In this document: positions 12,131 through 25,811 of the stretch, in pieces | How positions within the stretch are numbered: position 1 is the stretch's first letter | Layout of the letters: each line of letters begins with the position of its first letter | Assembly (NCBI RefSeq): GCF_006345805.1 | Contig: NC_042997.1 | Span: 72,292,001-72,356,000 of the forward strand | Reading direction: 5' to 3' | Origin: Octopus sinensis | Lineage: Eukaryota | DNA length: 64,000 nucleotides | The notes under the pieces: model-generated | Databases searched by the model: none | What the model saw: the letters and a program-made list of their open reading frames with translations, nothing else | What the model was told of the DNA's origin: nothing | Made by a program: the position numbers and the translations under genes

Positions 12131-12301
12131 AAAATATATACATACAATATTAGATATGTATATATGTACACAAGGGTACTACATGAATACCTATATCGCT
12201 AAAGATAGGAGTAAAAAAAATACCTCTGTACCACCGAATAGGTACTCATGTAGTATCCTTGTGTACATATGTACATATCTAATATTGTATGTATATATTT
12301 T
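12131..12301. repeat. Fold-back inverted repeat (64-bp arms, 43-nt spacer)
   Basis: 12131-12194 versus 12238-12301, 3 mismatches by eye. Confidence 0.9.
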
Positions 12302-12388
12302 ATTATTAATTTGCCTGTACAGCTGATAATTCGCTTGCCATTTGTGATGGTATTTTAATAATACCATCCCCATATATATATATATATA

Positions 12389-12423
<35 letters not shown>

Positions 12424-12579
12424 GCAGGGAAGATAGCAAGTTTGGTACTGACATTAATTTTTGTATATGATCATCTTTTGTAGGGGCTGGTTATTTCTAG
12501 CTTCAGAAAAAGCATAATGAAAGCCTTCCACCCAGATTTGGGGATATTAGGAACTACATCCTCTAATACACACACACAT

Positions 12580-13300
12580 ACAGGATGCTCAAACTAAATT
12601 TGATTTTTTATGTCTTCTTTTTTCAAGAACAACTTGATGAGTTGACGAATAGTCAGTAGCACTGGATAGCATAAATATTAAAGAAGTAGGTGACATTATG
12701 GATGGCAATCAATCTGAATACTGGAAAAGGTTTACCTGTATCCGGAGGACATGTGCTGAATATCAAAATGCCAACATCATGACTGCTGCTATCTGCTCTG
12801 AGAACACTAAAGGCTGTAAGACATGATATAAACTACAGACGTTCTGAATGTGTCTGCATGCCAGAATTTATCCAACTTCAGGACATGGCCTTAAGCTCAA
12901 TTCAGACAGCTATGTGAAGCTGCTGAAGATAGTGGTCAAACCCTGGCTGGAGACAGTTGCTGCTAGAAGGCTATGTGTGTGACAGCAGGATCTGGCTCTT
13001 TGCCATACCTCTGGAAAGAGTCAGAAGTGATTGTTGGAGAATTTCTATGACCTCACCCAATTTCTTGCCTCCTAATTTCCCTGATTGTAATTCCATGGAT
13101 TACTGTGTGTGGCCCGGCTGAGAAAACACCAAATGCTCTACTTGCAATATCAAGGACAAGCTAGTGGTCAAGATCAAGGATCTTTACAGGGACACAGTGA
13201 GAAATGCATACACCAGGTTCCAGAGCCATATTGAGGCCATGTTGAAGCTGAAAGCAGCTACTTTGAGTAAAATGTTATCTCCCAACCAAAATCTAGTTGA
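12580..13300 (+). mobile_element. Tc1/mariner-superfamily (maT/DD37D-like) remnant
   Basis: Decayed PPNFPDCNSMDYCVW motif (cf. WPPxSPDxNPxDY) and homology to 38060-38790. Confidence 0.6.
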
Positions 13301-14517
13301 TATGCTTTGAGTTTTTTAAAAATACTTTTATTTTTGGATGGGATATTGCATTTTCTTTTCCAATTTTGCAAGCTGTCAAATGTAACCCAAACACCCTATA
13401 TATGAATAGATACACATATATAAAAGTGAACTTCTTCATATATAAATGAGAATTACTGTATAGCTTATGATTCAGGCAGTTGCAGCCAACAGTGCTCTTC
13501 CCAAGAAGATAACAATTCATCATGGAGCCCCTTGGAAACTGTACTGGAACCACTACGATTTGCTGTGACCCACTCAGGCACCTTCACTCATACAGTCAGC
13601 CATTCTCACTATATTGATGATGCAAAAGTATCAAAGGCAGTCAAGAAACCTGATAACCAGTATGGAATGGTTTGAACATGATATACAAGCAGGGTAAAGA
13701 AAACAATATGCAGTAAATGATAAGAAAAATTTCAAGAGCTTCACTGTCAGCCCACAAACCGAGTGCAATCAGAATACCTCAGTATTACAATTTTGGAACT
13801 GCAACTAGTGCAGGATTTGGGAATCCACATGTTATCACGCATCATTCCATGTGCATATTATTAAGATGGCAACAATGTGCAGGCAATTAACTAGTTGGAA
13901 TGAATTCTGAGATCATTCAGAATAAGAAATAAAAAAAAAAAAAAAGAAAACAGGCAACCTTGTTACTTCTGTGGAGAATATTTGCTCTTGGTCATCTAAA
14001 CAACTGCTTCCAATTATATGGTCACTGCATAGTGTCAAACTGTTAGACCAAGGAGATAGTCACAGTGCAACAGATGGACTACTGGAAAAGGCCAAAAGAA
14101 ATAAGACTCTACTTTCTGAAATGAAGACGCAAAAGATATGCCATGATATAAGACCCTGAATGTTCCAGTAACTAACTTTGGGACTGAATGCTATACCAAA
14201 CCCTAAACTGGACACCACTCCAACTAGAGCAAGGACTCAATACTGTAAGACCTTAGGGTTTAGGTCTCACAGCCTTCTAATTCCATACCAAAACAACTCA
14301 GAGATCTATGAGATATAGATGAGGATGTACTTAAAACCTACTTAGACAAATTTTTTATAAGATATCCACAACACATTAAAAAACATGTACGAAGGTGCTT
14401 TGCCCAACTCCTCATTTAACAAAGCCAAACATGAATAGAGGGCTATGGAAATGAAATAACTAATAATGACATCAATGGCAGTGACCACAGCTTTTTTAGT
14501 TGAAACAAATGATAGGA

Positions 14518-14710
14518 CAACATCATCATCATCAATTATTGTCCATTTTCCATGCTGGCATGGGATGAATGGTTTGATAGGAGCTGGCAGACTGGAGAGT
14601 TGCACCAGACTCCATTGTCTGTCTTATTATTTCTACAGCTGGATGCCCTTCCTAATACCAACTACTTTACAGAGTGTACAGGGTGCTTTTTATGTGGCAC
14701 CAGTACCAGC
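14518..14710 (-). mobile_element. RTE 3' tail fragment
   Basis: (ATC)n head followed by reverse-complement match to 11950-12120. Confidence 0.7.
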
Positions 14711-14816
14711 AAGGTCACTAAGTAATTTGCAAGACAAAGACCTCTCAGCTGAGAGAGGAAGCGGAACTGAGGGAAATGGCTGTGTGCCAGGTGAGAGGTT
14801 ACAGTATAATTGAATA

Positions 14817-15670
14817 CAAGAGGGTACCCAAAAGTAACCGGAAATGTTCTCTGTGTGACAAGCCCATCGTAGTTTGAGCTTCTGCTGCTAGAAGCCACTT
14901 GTTGTAGCCCTCAGACATCAGTCTGCTGACAGGCGTCTTCCAGTTAGGTCATATTACCACATGGTACATCTTTATTTTGCAGTGCTTCTGTTTGTTGACT
15001 TTTGCACTGGCTGAAACGAAAGAACAGCATGCTTCCATGAAATTTTGTTTTTTGCTGGGGAAAATGCTGGCACAGCTTACAAGGTCACTGCTATGAGCAA
15101 AACAGAGGTTTACAAGTGGCTTTCATGCTTTAGAAATGGACACTTGTTACTTGAAGACCAACCTCATTCAGGGCAACAGGCAACCTCCCAAACAAATGAA
15201 AGAATCATGAAAACTCATGAACTGGTCTTGGAGGACTGTCACTGAACAATTGATGAACTTATTAATATGACTGGTGGGTCCTGGAGCTCCGTCAATAAAT
15301 TTAGATCAAAGAATTGCGAATGAAAAGAGTTGCAGCAAAATTTGTACCTCACTTGCTCATGGAAGACCAAAAGTAGTCATGACTACTTTCATGAACTGAA
15401 AGAACAGTGGGAAGTTGATCCAGACTTTGTTTTCAAAGCTGGTACTACAGAATTTGCAGATGTGGAAGAGGTGAAGAAAAAAATGACGGAGGCATTGAAA
15501 AGCATTACTTTGCAAGACTTCCAGCACTGTTTGGAACAGTGGAAAATGCACGTGGACCAATGCATTGCTTCAAATGAAGAATTCTTTGAAGGCGAAAAAA
15601 GTGTAAACATGTAAAACTAAGTGAATAAAATAACATTGCAAAATTCAGGTTTGTTTTGAGTACCTCCTCA
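14817..15670 (+). mobile_element. Internally deleted mariner element
   Basis: TA-flanked imperfect TIRs CAAGAGGGTACCCAAAA / TTTTGAGTACCTCCTCA; N-terminal AMSKTEVYKWLSCFRNG...LEDQPHSG and C-terminal FADVEEVKKKMTEALKSIT...QCIASNEEFFEG fragments. Confidence 0.85.
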
Positions 15671-15705
15671 TATAAATTTTTTTATATCTATATAAATAAG
15701 ACCAT

Positions 15706-15960
15706 CAAGGGTGAATCAAAAAGTAATGCCATATTGTTTAGGACAGGTATAATTACCAACACAGGAACATGTATCATACATCAATATGAAGCTGGTCCTC
15801 TGAAGATCACATCCCTATTTCTCAACATAGCCACTGTTTCTCTCAATAACAATGTTCCACCTTTGAATGAGAGCATGTATCCCTGTCCCATAAAATCCTG
15901 TTGACTGTTCTTTGAGTCACTTCTTCACTACAGTTTTCACTTCCTCGTCACAAGAATAAT
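15706..15960 (-). mobile_element. Mariner 3' end fragment
   Basis: TIR-like CAAGGGTGAATCAAAAAGTAATG; minus strand DEEVKTVVKK*LKEQSTGFYGTGIHALIQRW...GYVEK. Confidence 0.75.
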
Positions 15961-17270
15961 GTTTGCCTCTCAAACCCTCTTTCATGGGGCAGCAGTTAGA
16001 CCTGATAGTCACAATAATCTGTCACCTGGGGAATGTGCTTATGTCTCATTCCTTCCAGAATCATGAATGTAATATGGATTACTTTTTGGTTTTTGGTATG
16101 ATTAGACTTCAGTTGAAGAAGATGCACTATATGAAACCTTCTAGCAAGCACACAGATGTCACTATAACACATCATCTAGATAAAGAAGAGTTCATCAGGT
16201 TACCGAAGGATGCAGAACCCCCACACAAGAGGCACAGACAAGATGGGATTCTCTCAGGGATCCCATCCACAATACTGTACTGAAGTCTTTTGCAAAGAAA
16301 CAGAACATGAGATAGGACTGGTTTCAAGCAAGCTTACCATTGTCACTGAAGCAAAGCATATTGCATTACTTGAACATAAAATGCTACTCTACCCAAGTAA
16401 CATTGCAAACCCATAGAACAGCAAATTGCATGGCCCAGAACACAATCAGATGTTGTGTAAATAACTACTGGCTTCAAATTTTGTAAAGGTATTCAATATC
16501 ATTTGAAATTGAAAACATCTGTAGGATGTATGAAGGGATAAAGAAAACAACAAGCCCAAATATGAGCAAGACAACAGCACTGAAAACAGTAACAGATAAG
16601 ACCATCAAAGACAAAAGTAAGCAGAAGCAAAGATGGGTAGAACATTACTCCAAGCTCCACACCACAGGAAACACCATCTTGGACATTGTGTTAACCCTTT
16701 CGTTACCAACCCGGCTGAAACCGGCTCTGGCTCTGAGTACAAATGCCTTGTTTTCATAAGTTTTGAATTAAAACCTTCCACCAAACCTTAGTCACAATTT
16801 ATGTTCATAACACTAGCTTAATGATAACCAAGTAATTTTACTAAATTCTTTGTTATATTTAAAGTAATTGAAAGAAACAGAGAGCATCTCAAAATAAATA
16901 CAGTAACGAAAGGGTTAAACACCATGGAATATCTGCTGGTGATGGAGAAATTAGATATACTACTGATCGCTAAAGAGCTGGTAAAACCACTGACTGTCTT
17001 CTCATAGGCAAAGTACCAGCATTAGATGCCATTCCCTTATAGGCCATCTAGTATGCAAAGAGCATCCTGTGTGCAGCCTCCACATAAAACTGTGATAGCA
17101 CTGAAAAGAAGGAAGAGTTCAATAGAATATGAGAGACTCCAATAGTTACCCTGTACAGGTACAAATGCCCTAAGTAGACAACAGAAATCACTGAAAGTTA
17201 TACTCCAATGTAGCCTCAGGTCAGAACACTTTACAATTGACATGATCTTCCTTTGATAATAACAAAAAAA
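15960..17270 (+). mobile_element. Highly decayed RTE-like LINE (endonuclease/RT linker region)
   Basis: QRWVEHYSKL and GKVPALDAIP (cf. RWxEHF and GKAPGxDGIP) fragments. Confidence 0.5.
16695..16914. mobile_element. piggyBac-like MITE (220 bp)
   Basis: TTAA on both sides; TIRs CCCTTTCGTTAC / GTAACGAAAGGG. Confidence 0.9.
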
Positions 17271-20199
17271 TATGAGATCAATGACCACCTCTTCTATTTC
17301 CCTCTTACAACTACAACACTGTTTCCTCTAAATTTCACTTTCTATCTCTTCTTACTCCAGCTCCTTCATTACTGTATATACAATTCATCCTCTCAGTTTT
17401 GTTGTCTTGAATGAATAGATTAGAGAATACACTTTAATCATGTTGGAGACAAGATGTCTTTAGTGCTGGTGCTATAATACAATGCATGCAGTACACCAAG
17501 TAAAGTAGCTGGCAGATGGAGACAGGACAACTTCTTCAGTGTTGGTGTCATGATAAAATGCACCCACTAGACTCTTGTAAAATAGTTGAAAGGCTTCTAG
17601 CCACAGAAACCTCAGCCCAACAAGGAAGGCAATAACTCCAAATAAGAACTTGCACTGTGAAGACCCCTCACCACCAACTTATGTCAACATGGAAAGCAGC
17701 ATATAAACCAAATCAGCATAGGAGCTGTTTTAGTACCAATGATGAATTTTATGAATTCAGAGGTTATTCAACTGATATGAAATTACTGTTTTGATTTAAA
17801 GGCTTACACTATTTTTTGTTCATTTGTTGAACTTTTGAACTGTCAGAGACTTCATCAGTAAATGGTTTAAATTTTGGATGCATGCAAACTTTCTCCTGTG
17901 GACAAGGGCTCCTCACCACTACTCTAAATGGATGCTTCATCACTTGGAAAGAGCATATAAATCTCTCTTAAGCAAAGACATATAGGATAGTGTAGTCAAT
18001 GGTATAAAATACCTGAAATAAAAGCATGGAATGGTCATAACTAGAAAAGCTGTAGTCATAGCTCTGTTTGATCAGCGTAAACCCAAAGTTATTCAACATC
18101 AATAAATGATAATGTTAATCTACAAAATTTATTTAAATTCTTTACTAAGAATTTCATAATTACTGAATCAGAGAGTTTACTTTAATTGCAAATATGGCCA
18201 GGAAATAGATAACTTCATCAGTTTTTTTTTGTTTTTTTTTTTGTACTGCTGGACAATATTTAACATTAGAATCCAATATCAGAAGTAAAGGTTCATAGTT
18301 GAAATCCCAACAATATGATATATACATATTAAGGTCCTCAAGTATGAGGCTGATAAGAGAAGAAAATGCGAATTAGTATTACAATAACTCATTTCACAAA
18401 TTTAAATATTAATGACCTCTGTTATACTTTATTAACAAACACTCAGCATAGAAGAAACCTATTTCAAATAAACCAATTTCTGATAAAAGCAGAGGATAAA
18501 ATGATTTTTAATTTCACAAAATTTAATCCAATACTTAATAGAAAAAAACACATTTGAGGTTCACCATTCATATACAATTTAATTATTTCAAACATAAAAT
18601 ATTTATTTAAGCCAGTAATACTATATGATCCCAATCATTATGCCTATAGTGTATGACAAAGCTTGTTAAGAGACATTTTCTTACCAAGGCATTGTCCTCA
18701 TTAAATACTGAACATCTCAAAGTTAAACAGAACATTTAATAAAATATATAAATCTACTGACTAGTTTACTGATGAGAACTAGGAAACAAATATTGAAATT
18801 CTTATGACTGAATCAAAACAAGAAAAATCTGCCCTAATAAAATGAGAAGTTACTGGTGAGTGAATTAATACCATAAAAGCACTACCTCCTTAAATCAGTC
18901 TTCTTTCTGTAGTGGTGATTACATCAGTTTAATTGCCTACATTGCAGGCTAGTTACCTGTGTAGGGGAGCAGTAATTCTAAATTAGGATTTATACTAGTT
19001 AGAGAGGAAGTCTGTAGTACTTTCCACATGGCACAACTTCACCTGCGCCTGTTGACACAATAGCATTTAATGCACTCTATGAAGTGGTTAGCAATAGGAG
19101 GGACAATCAACCATAGAAAACATGCCCAAGTGGATCATACAAAACATGAACTCTACAAGTTGCATTACAGATTACCTATCTGGGAGAGAAATAAATGCAA
19201 ATAAAAACAAAAGGTAGATGGGGTGGGATTTAGACCTCATCCTGTGAAACAGCTTTTCTAGTGTCTGTGGCATGACAGCACACACCCAGTCCACACCATA
19301 TGAAATACACAGTACAAGAATTGACCACTTTTCTGTTGTTGTATGTGTTAGATGATACAGTCAGTGATGACCCATCCACCACATTCTAACATAGAAAGAC
19401 AGATGCAAAATGATTCAACAGCACAGCTGAATAAAAAAAAAAAATTTAACGGGAAATTTAAACAAAAAAAAAAATAGAAAAACATTTTCACAAACAAACT
19501 TGCACCATTAAATGAAAACAAAATTTAGGCCTTTTTTTAAAAAGTTCTAGTTCAGTTGAACTATTTCTGATATTTTTTAACTAAATATAAAGCTAAAATG
19601 TGTTTCAAATACAATTAAAGATGCCTTCTTCACACTGATTAGACAAGAACATTTTAATTTGCATGTCTATACAATAGAGTCTCACATTAACTAACAAACA
19701 AATGTTAGAACAATAATGTTTTAAAATTATGGGCACCTTTCATTCTGAACTCGACACTCTCAAAATACAGCCAATTTTAAATATTTCAAAAATATCAGTT
19801 TATATAACTAAAATAAATGATTTTGTATAAAATGGAATTAACCCTTTCATTAATATTCAACCTGAAACAGCCAAAACTTTTTCTGGTACATATTATCAAC
19901 ATGCCCAAAACCAACCAAAAACAAAAAATTTTATAAATTCAAATGAGAACTATGCGTTTCCCATTACTTACATTCATAAAAACACATGGCTTCACTAAAT
20001 AAACAATTGCTTGACAATTTTCACTTCTTCTATGTTAGGATTATAATTCATTTCTCGAAAGACATGGTGCTGCTGTAGGTCTTCTACACTTTCTCAACTC
20101 TCATGGGAGGATTGTGAAAAAGGTCTATGAAATGCCTATTGATCTTTCCAAAATACTTTCAGTATCACTGATTAAAGTAAATCCATCTTAGGAGAAGAA

Positions 20200-20600
20200 A
20201 AGTGTAGTAGTTGTATGGCAAAGACCAAATATCTGATTTAGCAAGTTGTACATTGCTTTGGAGCAAAGCCACAGCTAGACTCCTTCTGGTCAAGGAACAG
20301 ATATACAAATTCTTGTGGGTAGGTTGCAGTGATGGTGAAACTAGTGCAGCCATACAACTGGCACAGAAATGGGCTGATAAAGTAATCAAGATGGTCCAGT
20401 GTTAGATAAAAATAGCTAAGATAAGACTAACCTTGGATAATCTAACAATGACTTTTACCTCTGCACATATTCCACAATCTGAACTGACAGATGAACAGAA
20501 GGGCCAATTCTTTGAGGCCCTTTTGCAGATTACTTTGATGATGAGTGGCAATAACCTTATCATCATGGCTGGTGATTTCAATGGCACTAAGCTCATCTAA
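20200..20600 (+). mobile_element. LINE apurinic-endonuclease remnant
   Basis: ...TFTSAHIPQSELTDEQKGQFFEALLQ...IIMAGDFNG across a frame break. Confidence 0.7.
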
Positions 20601-22099
20601 GTTCAATCCCAACTGGCCCACCACCCAAAAAAAAAAAAATAATAAAAAAGAAAACAATGTATCTTCAAAGCTATAGTCAGCTGGTTTTCAAGTTATGAGT
20701 AAATTTCTAAACAATCCCCTTTTTTATAGATACACTGCAACTGAAAAGAGATCCACAAGAACATTTTTTACACATTTTTAAAGGAGACAAAAAGGAAATG
20801 CTTTGTGTGAAGTTCATGCTTTGCCAAGAGTATTTTGGTAACTAAAGTGGAATAACTTTAGGAGTAACACAGAAACATTATGAACAAATAATAGTAATAT
20901 ATTACTGAAAAAAATTTTTTTATTCTTTTATGCGTTTCAGTCCAAAGGCTGTGACCATGCTGTGCCTAATTGAATATAGTAATTCTATTCTAATTAGTTA
21001 CAAACCTCAGTTTCAGTCAAACTGTGCTTCTGAAATGGTAATAAGAGTTACCATTAATAGCTGAATAGTAATACCAATAAAAAGCATCAACAATAATCAC
21101 TTTTAAATTAGGAGCAGGTATGGTTAAGTAGTTAAGAAGTTTGCTTCCCAAACACGTCTTACACAAAAAAATGTATTTAAATGAAATATAGACCACAAGA
21201 AAATAAAATAAGTTTTGCAATATCATCTAGGATAACAGCTATATTTTTTTTATTTTTAATGGTTCTGAATTACATAAAACTTTGAAATTTAAATGGTGAA
21301 CAGAAGCAAGAAGATCGTTAGTTCAAACCCCCAAAGATGAAAATGGCTCTCACTCCCAATTTCTTGATTAAGTGTTAAGTGTCAAAAAAAGCCCAAACAA
21401 TTCATGTACCAATATTAATATTTCCTAGTATTGCATAAGTAAAAGAAAAAAATTATCCTATGTAATATTAACACACCTGTGAAATAGAACTCTAGCCTAC
21501 ATTTCTAGTGCTTATGAAAATGGTGCAAGCTAAAACACAAACAACTTTTAGTATATAATTTCGACTGATATTTGCAATGAAATATGAGATACTTTGTACT
21601 TTGCAAGTGAAGAAGCTTTTAAATGTTACGGCATGTTTATGGACAATTATAAACAATTACTATGGAAAGATAAAAGCAAAAAAAAAAAGAACAAAACTAT
21701 TATCCTTTTCATTTGTATATTTTCTTTTTTGCAACATACAACAGCTGCATGGTTAAAGCAATCTAAATTCATTGAAACAAAAAATATATGCAGTTATTTA
21801 ATACACCTTACACCAACAAATTTATTTACATCAAAGATATAAATTAGTCAGCAGAACCATTTGAGATCCACTGCAGTATTACTTATCCATTTTATGTATT
21901 TATACATATTTCATTTTATATCAGTCTTCACAATGCTGGCACACTAGGTTATACCTTTTATAGCCTTAGCCATCCTATAATAAGTAGGATTAAGCTACAA
22001 AACAATAAATGTAATAGAATGGATGGGTCAAGTGTAAAGAGAATCTTTGTGCAAATCAAAGAAACATCCCCTCAGTTGTGTACATCAAAATTTTTTTAC

Positions 22100-23300
22100 A
22101 AAGCTTAACTTTCATAATGTCTGATTATCTTTCCTGGTGAGCCTGTGTACACAACAGAGTTTTAAAACAGAATTATTAAGTCAAGCCTCCCACTTCAGAA
22201 CCAGTTCTAATATTTCAGTTCTGATAAATTGTCAACACTCTCCTATTAATCTTAAGTAACATCTAAACCTGCAGCAATGCTGCCACTACACACATGAACA
22301 TTATCACAACCAAAAGAAGCCATCTGACAGATGGGCAAAGACTAGCTCACTTTTATTAACATTTAACCAGACATGCTATCTCCTCATTTTGCCTTTTCCA
22401 TCTTCAATTCATCAAATTCTGCTCCAATGATACTCCAATTAATCAGCTAGTTGAATAGTACACCCACTTTCTTTTGACTAGGCATAAGGCTTCATATTTT
22501 TTTTTTTTTTTTCAAAGAATGGAGACATAGAGAGTTGCTAACCACGTACAAAGTTCAAGTAAGTCCCATATCACAGTATTGCTCACATATCTAGCACAGT
22601 GCTGCTCTTAAATACATAAACATCCTTAACTAAAAGCATACTATTTGGCTGATTCATAAGGATACACATCTTACATGTGCTATTTCATTTTTTCCATTCT
22701 TCTAAAATTGCTCCTGACACTCACATCTAAGGAAGCTGCATACCACTGATACTAATCTCTCCATTTCTACTTATCCTTATTGTACCTCATCCCAAATATT
22801 ACATTAAATACTTTACCACACAATCCTCTTCAGAGTTGCTCCATTTTTTTTTTTACATAAATCAATTCAACCAGATCGTAGCATTTTTTAAATAAAATAA
22901 TTAGAGGAGGAGAGACAGAGTCCATGACCACTGCAAAGCTGATGCAGCTCCAATCCAGCTTGAATATCTGCAGGAAAAAGAACTGGGGAATGTGATCCAA
23001 ATACTTGTAGCAAAGTGACCCCAAGTAGAAACACTGAGGTCCTGCTGCAGGTGTTTAACTAGCAGTGTATTATGTTCTCTTCTCCCAACTAACTAAAACA
23101 CAATATATACTTAAATATAATAACTGGCATCTGATTTTATGGTGGAAAGCCATCCACTAGTGAATCCAAGAAGTATTTTAACTATCACATAGTTAACTAA
23201 AAGCATGCCATTTGGCTGATTCATAAAGATACACATGTCTTAGAAGTGCTATTTCATTTTTTCCATTCTTCTAAAATTGCTCCTGACACTAACCTAACTC
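22100..23300 (-). mobile_element. Decayed RTE-like LINE fragments with a roughly 96-bp direct duplication (22626-22721 / 23192-23290)
   Basis: Minus frame LHQLCSGHGLCLSSSNYF resembles the endonuclease motif LLxFCxxHGLxITNTYF. Confidence 0.5.
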
Positions 23301-23915
23301 CTGTGATCAACACTAAAGCTAACAAGACTATTTCTATGCTACTGTTTTAGATTGGATAGTGTATTTTGGTATAGACAATGCCTAAATATAAATGGGATGG
23401 CCATGTTGGGATTTTTTTATCATAGTCTGTCTGAACAAGATTGATATGGAGCTAAACAACAAACACCACTGCCATCACCATCAGAATGAGCAATGATACA
23501 AAATCAGATTTGTTGGCAAAATAGCCCTAGCTACAGTATTTTCCTTGCATAATCTCAGAATATGCAACCAGTTCAGTCAGTCACCACTCACATGCAAGTA
23601 TGACACCCTCTCGGCCCTCCCACCCATGGTCAAGTGGAACATCCAGGATTTGACAACTAGAGAAGTACCTAATTGGTATTCATTATAGCTGAATAGATTG
23701 GAGTAACATGAATTCAAGTGCCTTGCTCAAGGACTGAATGCACCACCCAATCCAAAAATTGTCCCATCATGAACTCTTAACAAGGTCTACAAAACCCTTT
23801 GAGTAACTTCAAAATGTTTTGGTTCTATTTGTACCTTAGGTTAACTCAAACAGAATAGACAACATCATGAAAGTTAAGTTTTCAGTGTCTGTAAAACTTA
23901 AACATAACACTTTAA

Positions 23916-24400
23916 CCCTTTCATTACTAACCCAGCCATACCCGGCCGGAAAGTTTTTTGGTTCATAATACCAACCCGGCTGAGAGAACCTATTGTTATT
24001 TAAATGTAAATTTGAACCCAAATCTCGTTGGTACATTCGTTAAAACATGTGATTTCACTTTGTAAATAGTTGGCTTATAGTATCCGACATTGCTTGAAGT
24101 GATATTTCAACTCAGTGAATTTTGGGAGATTTTTTTCCACATTTTTTTCAGCATCAATTTTTCTTCAACTTCGAAAATGGATAGGAGTTTCATGTAATCA
24201 TGCATTGATTCCGAATTTAAAGCTTTTTCAATAGAAAATAGGGAGGAGTGGCTGTGTGGTAAGTAGCTTGCTAACCAACCTCATGGTTCCGGGTTCAGTC
24301 CCACTGCGTGGCACCTTGGGCAAGTGTCTTCTGCTATAGCCCCGGGTCGACCAATGCCTTGTGAGTGGATTTGGTAGACGGAAACTGAAAGAAGCCTGTC

Positions 24401-24474
<74 letters not shown>

Positions 24475-25811
24475 TTGTGTGTCTGTGTTTGTCCCCCTAG
24501 CATTGCTTGACAACCGATGCTGGTGTGTTTACGTCCCTGTCACTTAGCGGTTCGGCTAAAAGAGACCGATAGAATAAGTACTGAGCTTACAAAGAATAAG
24601 TCCCGGGGTCGATTTGTTCGACTAAAGGCGGTGCTCCAGCATGGCCGCAGTCAAATGACTGAAACAAGTAAAAGAGTAAAAAGAGAGAGATATTGAGAAA
24701 AAGAATGAAATAGGTACTAAAGCACGTGGTGTACAAAATAATGAATAGGATATTTTTTTTATCCGAAAATGAAAGCAGCGATTCTGAAGAAACAAAGCGG
24801 CGATGGCGACAGCAAAGACGATTTTACATCGGAATGAAGTAAAAAAATTAAAAAATGTTTTTATTAGCAATTTTTCTGAGGAGATAAAGTTTATCTATAG
24901 CCTTTCTTAGGAAGTGAAACCATTAGACTTTTATTTTTTTTAGTATGCTAGTTTGAAGTGATCACTTCGAAAACAAATTTACGCAGATTGTAAACAAACC
25001 CAAAATGGGGTATCAAAGTTTGGAAAATTTGTGAAGCAAATACTGGGTACTGTTGTGGATTTAATTTTTATACAGGGAAACTAATGTTAGTCAGCATGGC
25101 TTAGGGTACGATGTGGTCTGGAAGTTATTGTTTGAAGCGATCACTGCAGAAACAAACTTACGCAGAATGTAAACAAACACAAAATGGGGGATCAAATTTC
25201 GGAACATTGGGTACTGCATGGATTTAGTTTTTATACAGGGAAAATAATGTTAGTCAGCATGGCCTAGGGAACGATGTGGTCTGGAATTTATCACTTCCAT
25301 ACCATAATCAGGGCCGTATATTATTTTTTTACCGATTTCTTTAGTTCGGTCAAACTTTCAGTGGATTCCAGTATTTCAGTTTATTCCACCTTTATGGTAC
25401 ACCTGTTGTGCATTAAATTCAACTGATGATCTAGTGATGTGCACAATTCTTCTTTATCAAAATTTTGTTGCATACCCATTTGAATATTAGCTGATGATTC
25501 ATTTTCTATGGTGATGTTTAAACAAAATTTTTATATTTTTACCTTTTGCTCAATTTAAAATTTTAATATTTTTACCTTTTGCTCAATTTACCTGGATTTA
25601 CCTGTAATTAAAGTCACTTTGAGACAAAAGTTATGCAATAGAATTGATTAAGAACCCTTTCTTTAATTATGTTCCAAATATCACATTAATATGTTGATAA
25701 GTAAAGAAGTTACAGTTATTTAATGAAACAAGCCTAAATTCATGATTATTTTAGAATTTAATTGAAACTCATGAGGGGTGTATTTTGGTCAGAAATATAG
25801 TAACGAAAGGG
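23916..25811 (+). mobile_element. Non-autonomous piggyBac derivative with nested SINE and duplicated transposase fragment
   Basis: TTAA at 23912-23915 and 25812-25815; TIRs CCCTTTCATTAC / GTAACGAAAGGG; NPKWGIKVWKICEANTGYC..FNFYTGK and HGLGYDVVWKLL at 24951-25130, repeated at 25130-25290. Confidence 0.9.
24244..24688 (+). mobile_element. tRNA-derived SINE, family A (best-preserved copy)
   Basis: A box TGGCTGTGTGG, B box GGTTCAGTCC, CCTTGGGCAAGT, internal (TA)n(TG)n, AAAAGAGT tail; CpGs retained, so relatively young. Confidence 0.9.

Noticed and set aside
18765-18800. CTGATGA...GAAAC spacing
   Set aside because: The intervening 7 nt cannot form stem II, and there is no flanking stem I
22830-23060. 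Strong-looking acceptor and open frames on the minus strand
   Set aside because: One frame matches a LINE endonuclease motif and lies among LINE fragments; no good donor
24244-24320. tRNA gene-like A/B boxes
   Set aside because: These are SINE heads: no full cloverleaf, and they continue into SINE body sequence found in multiple copies
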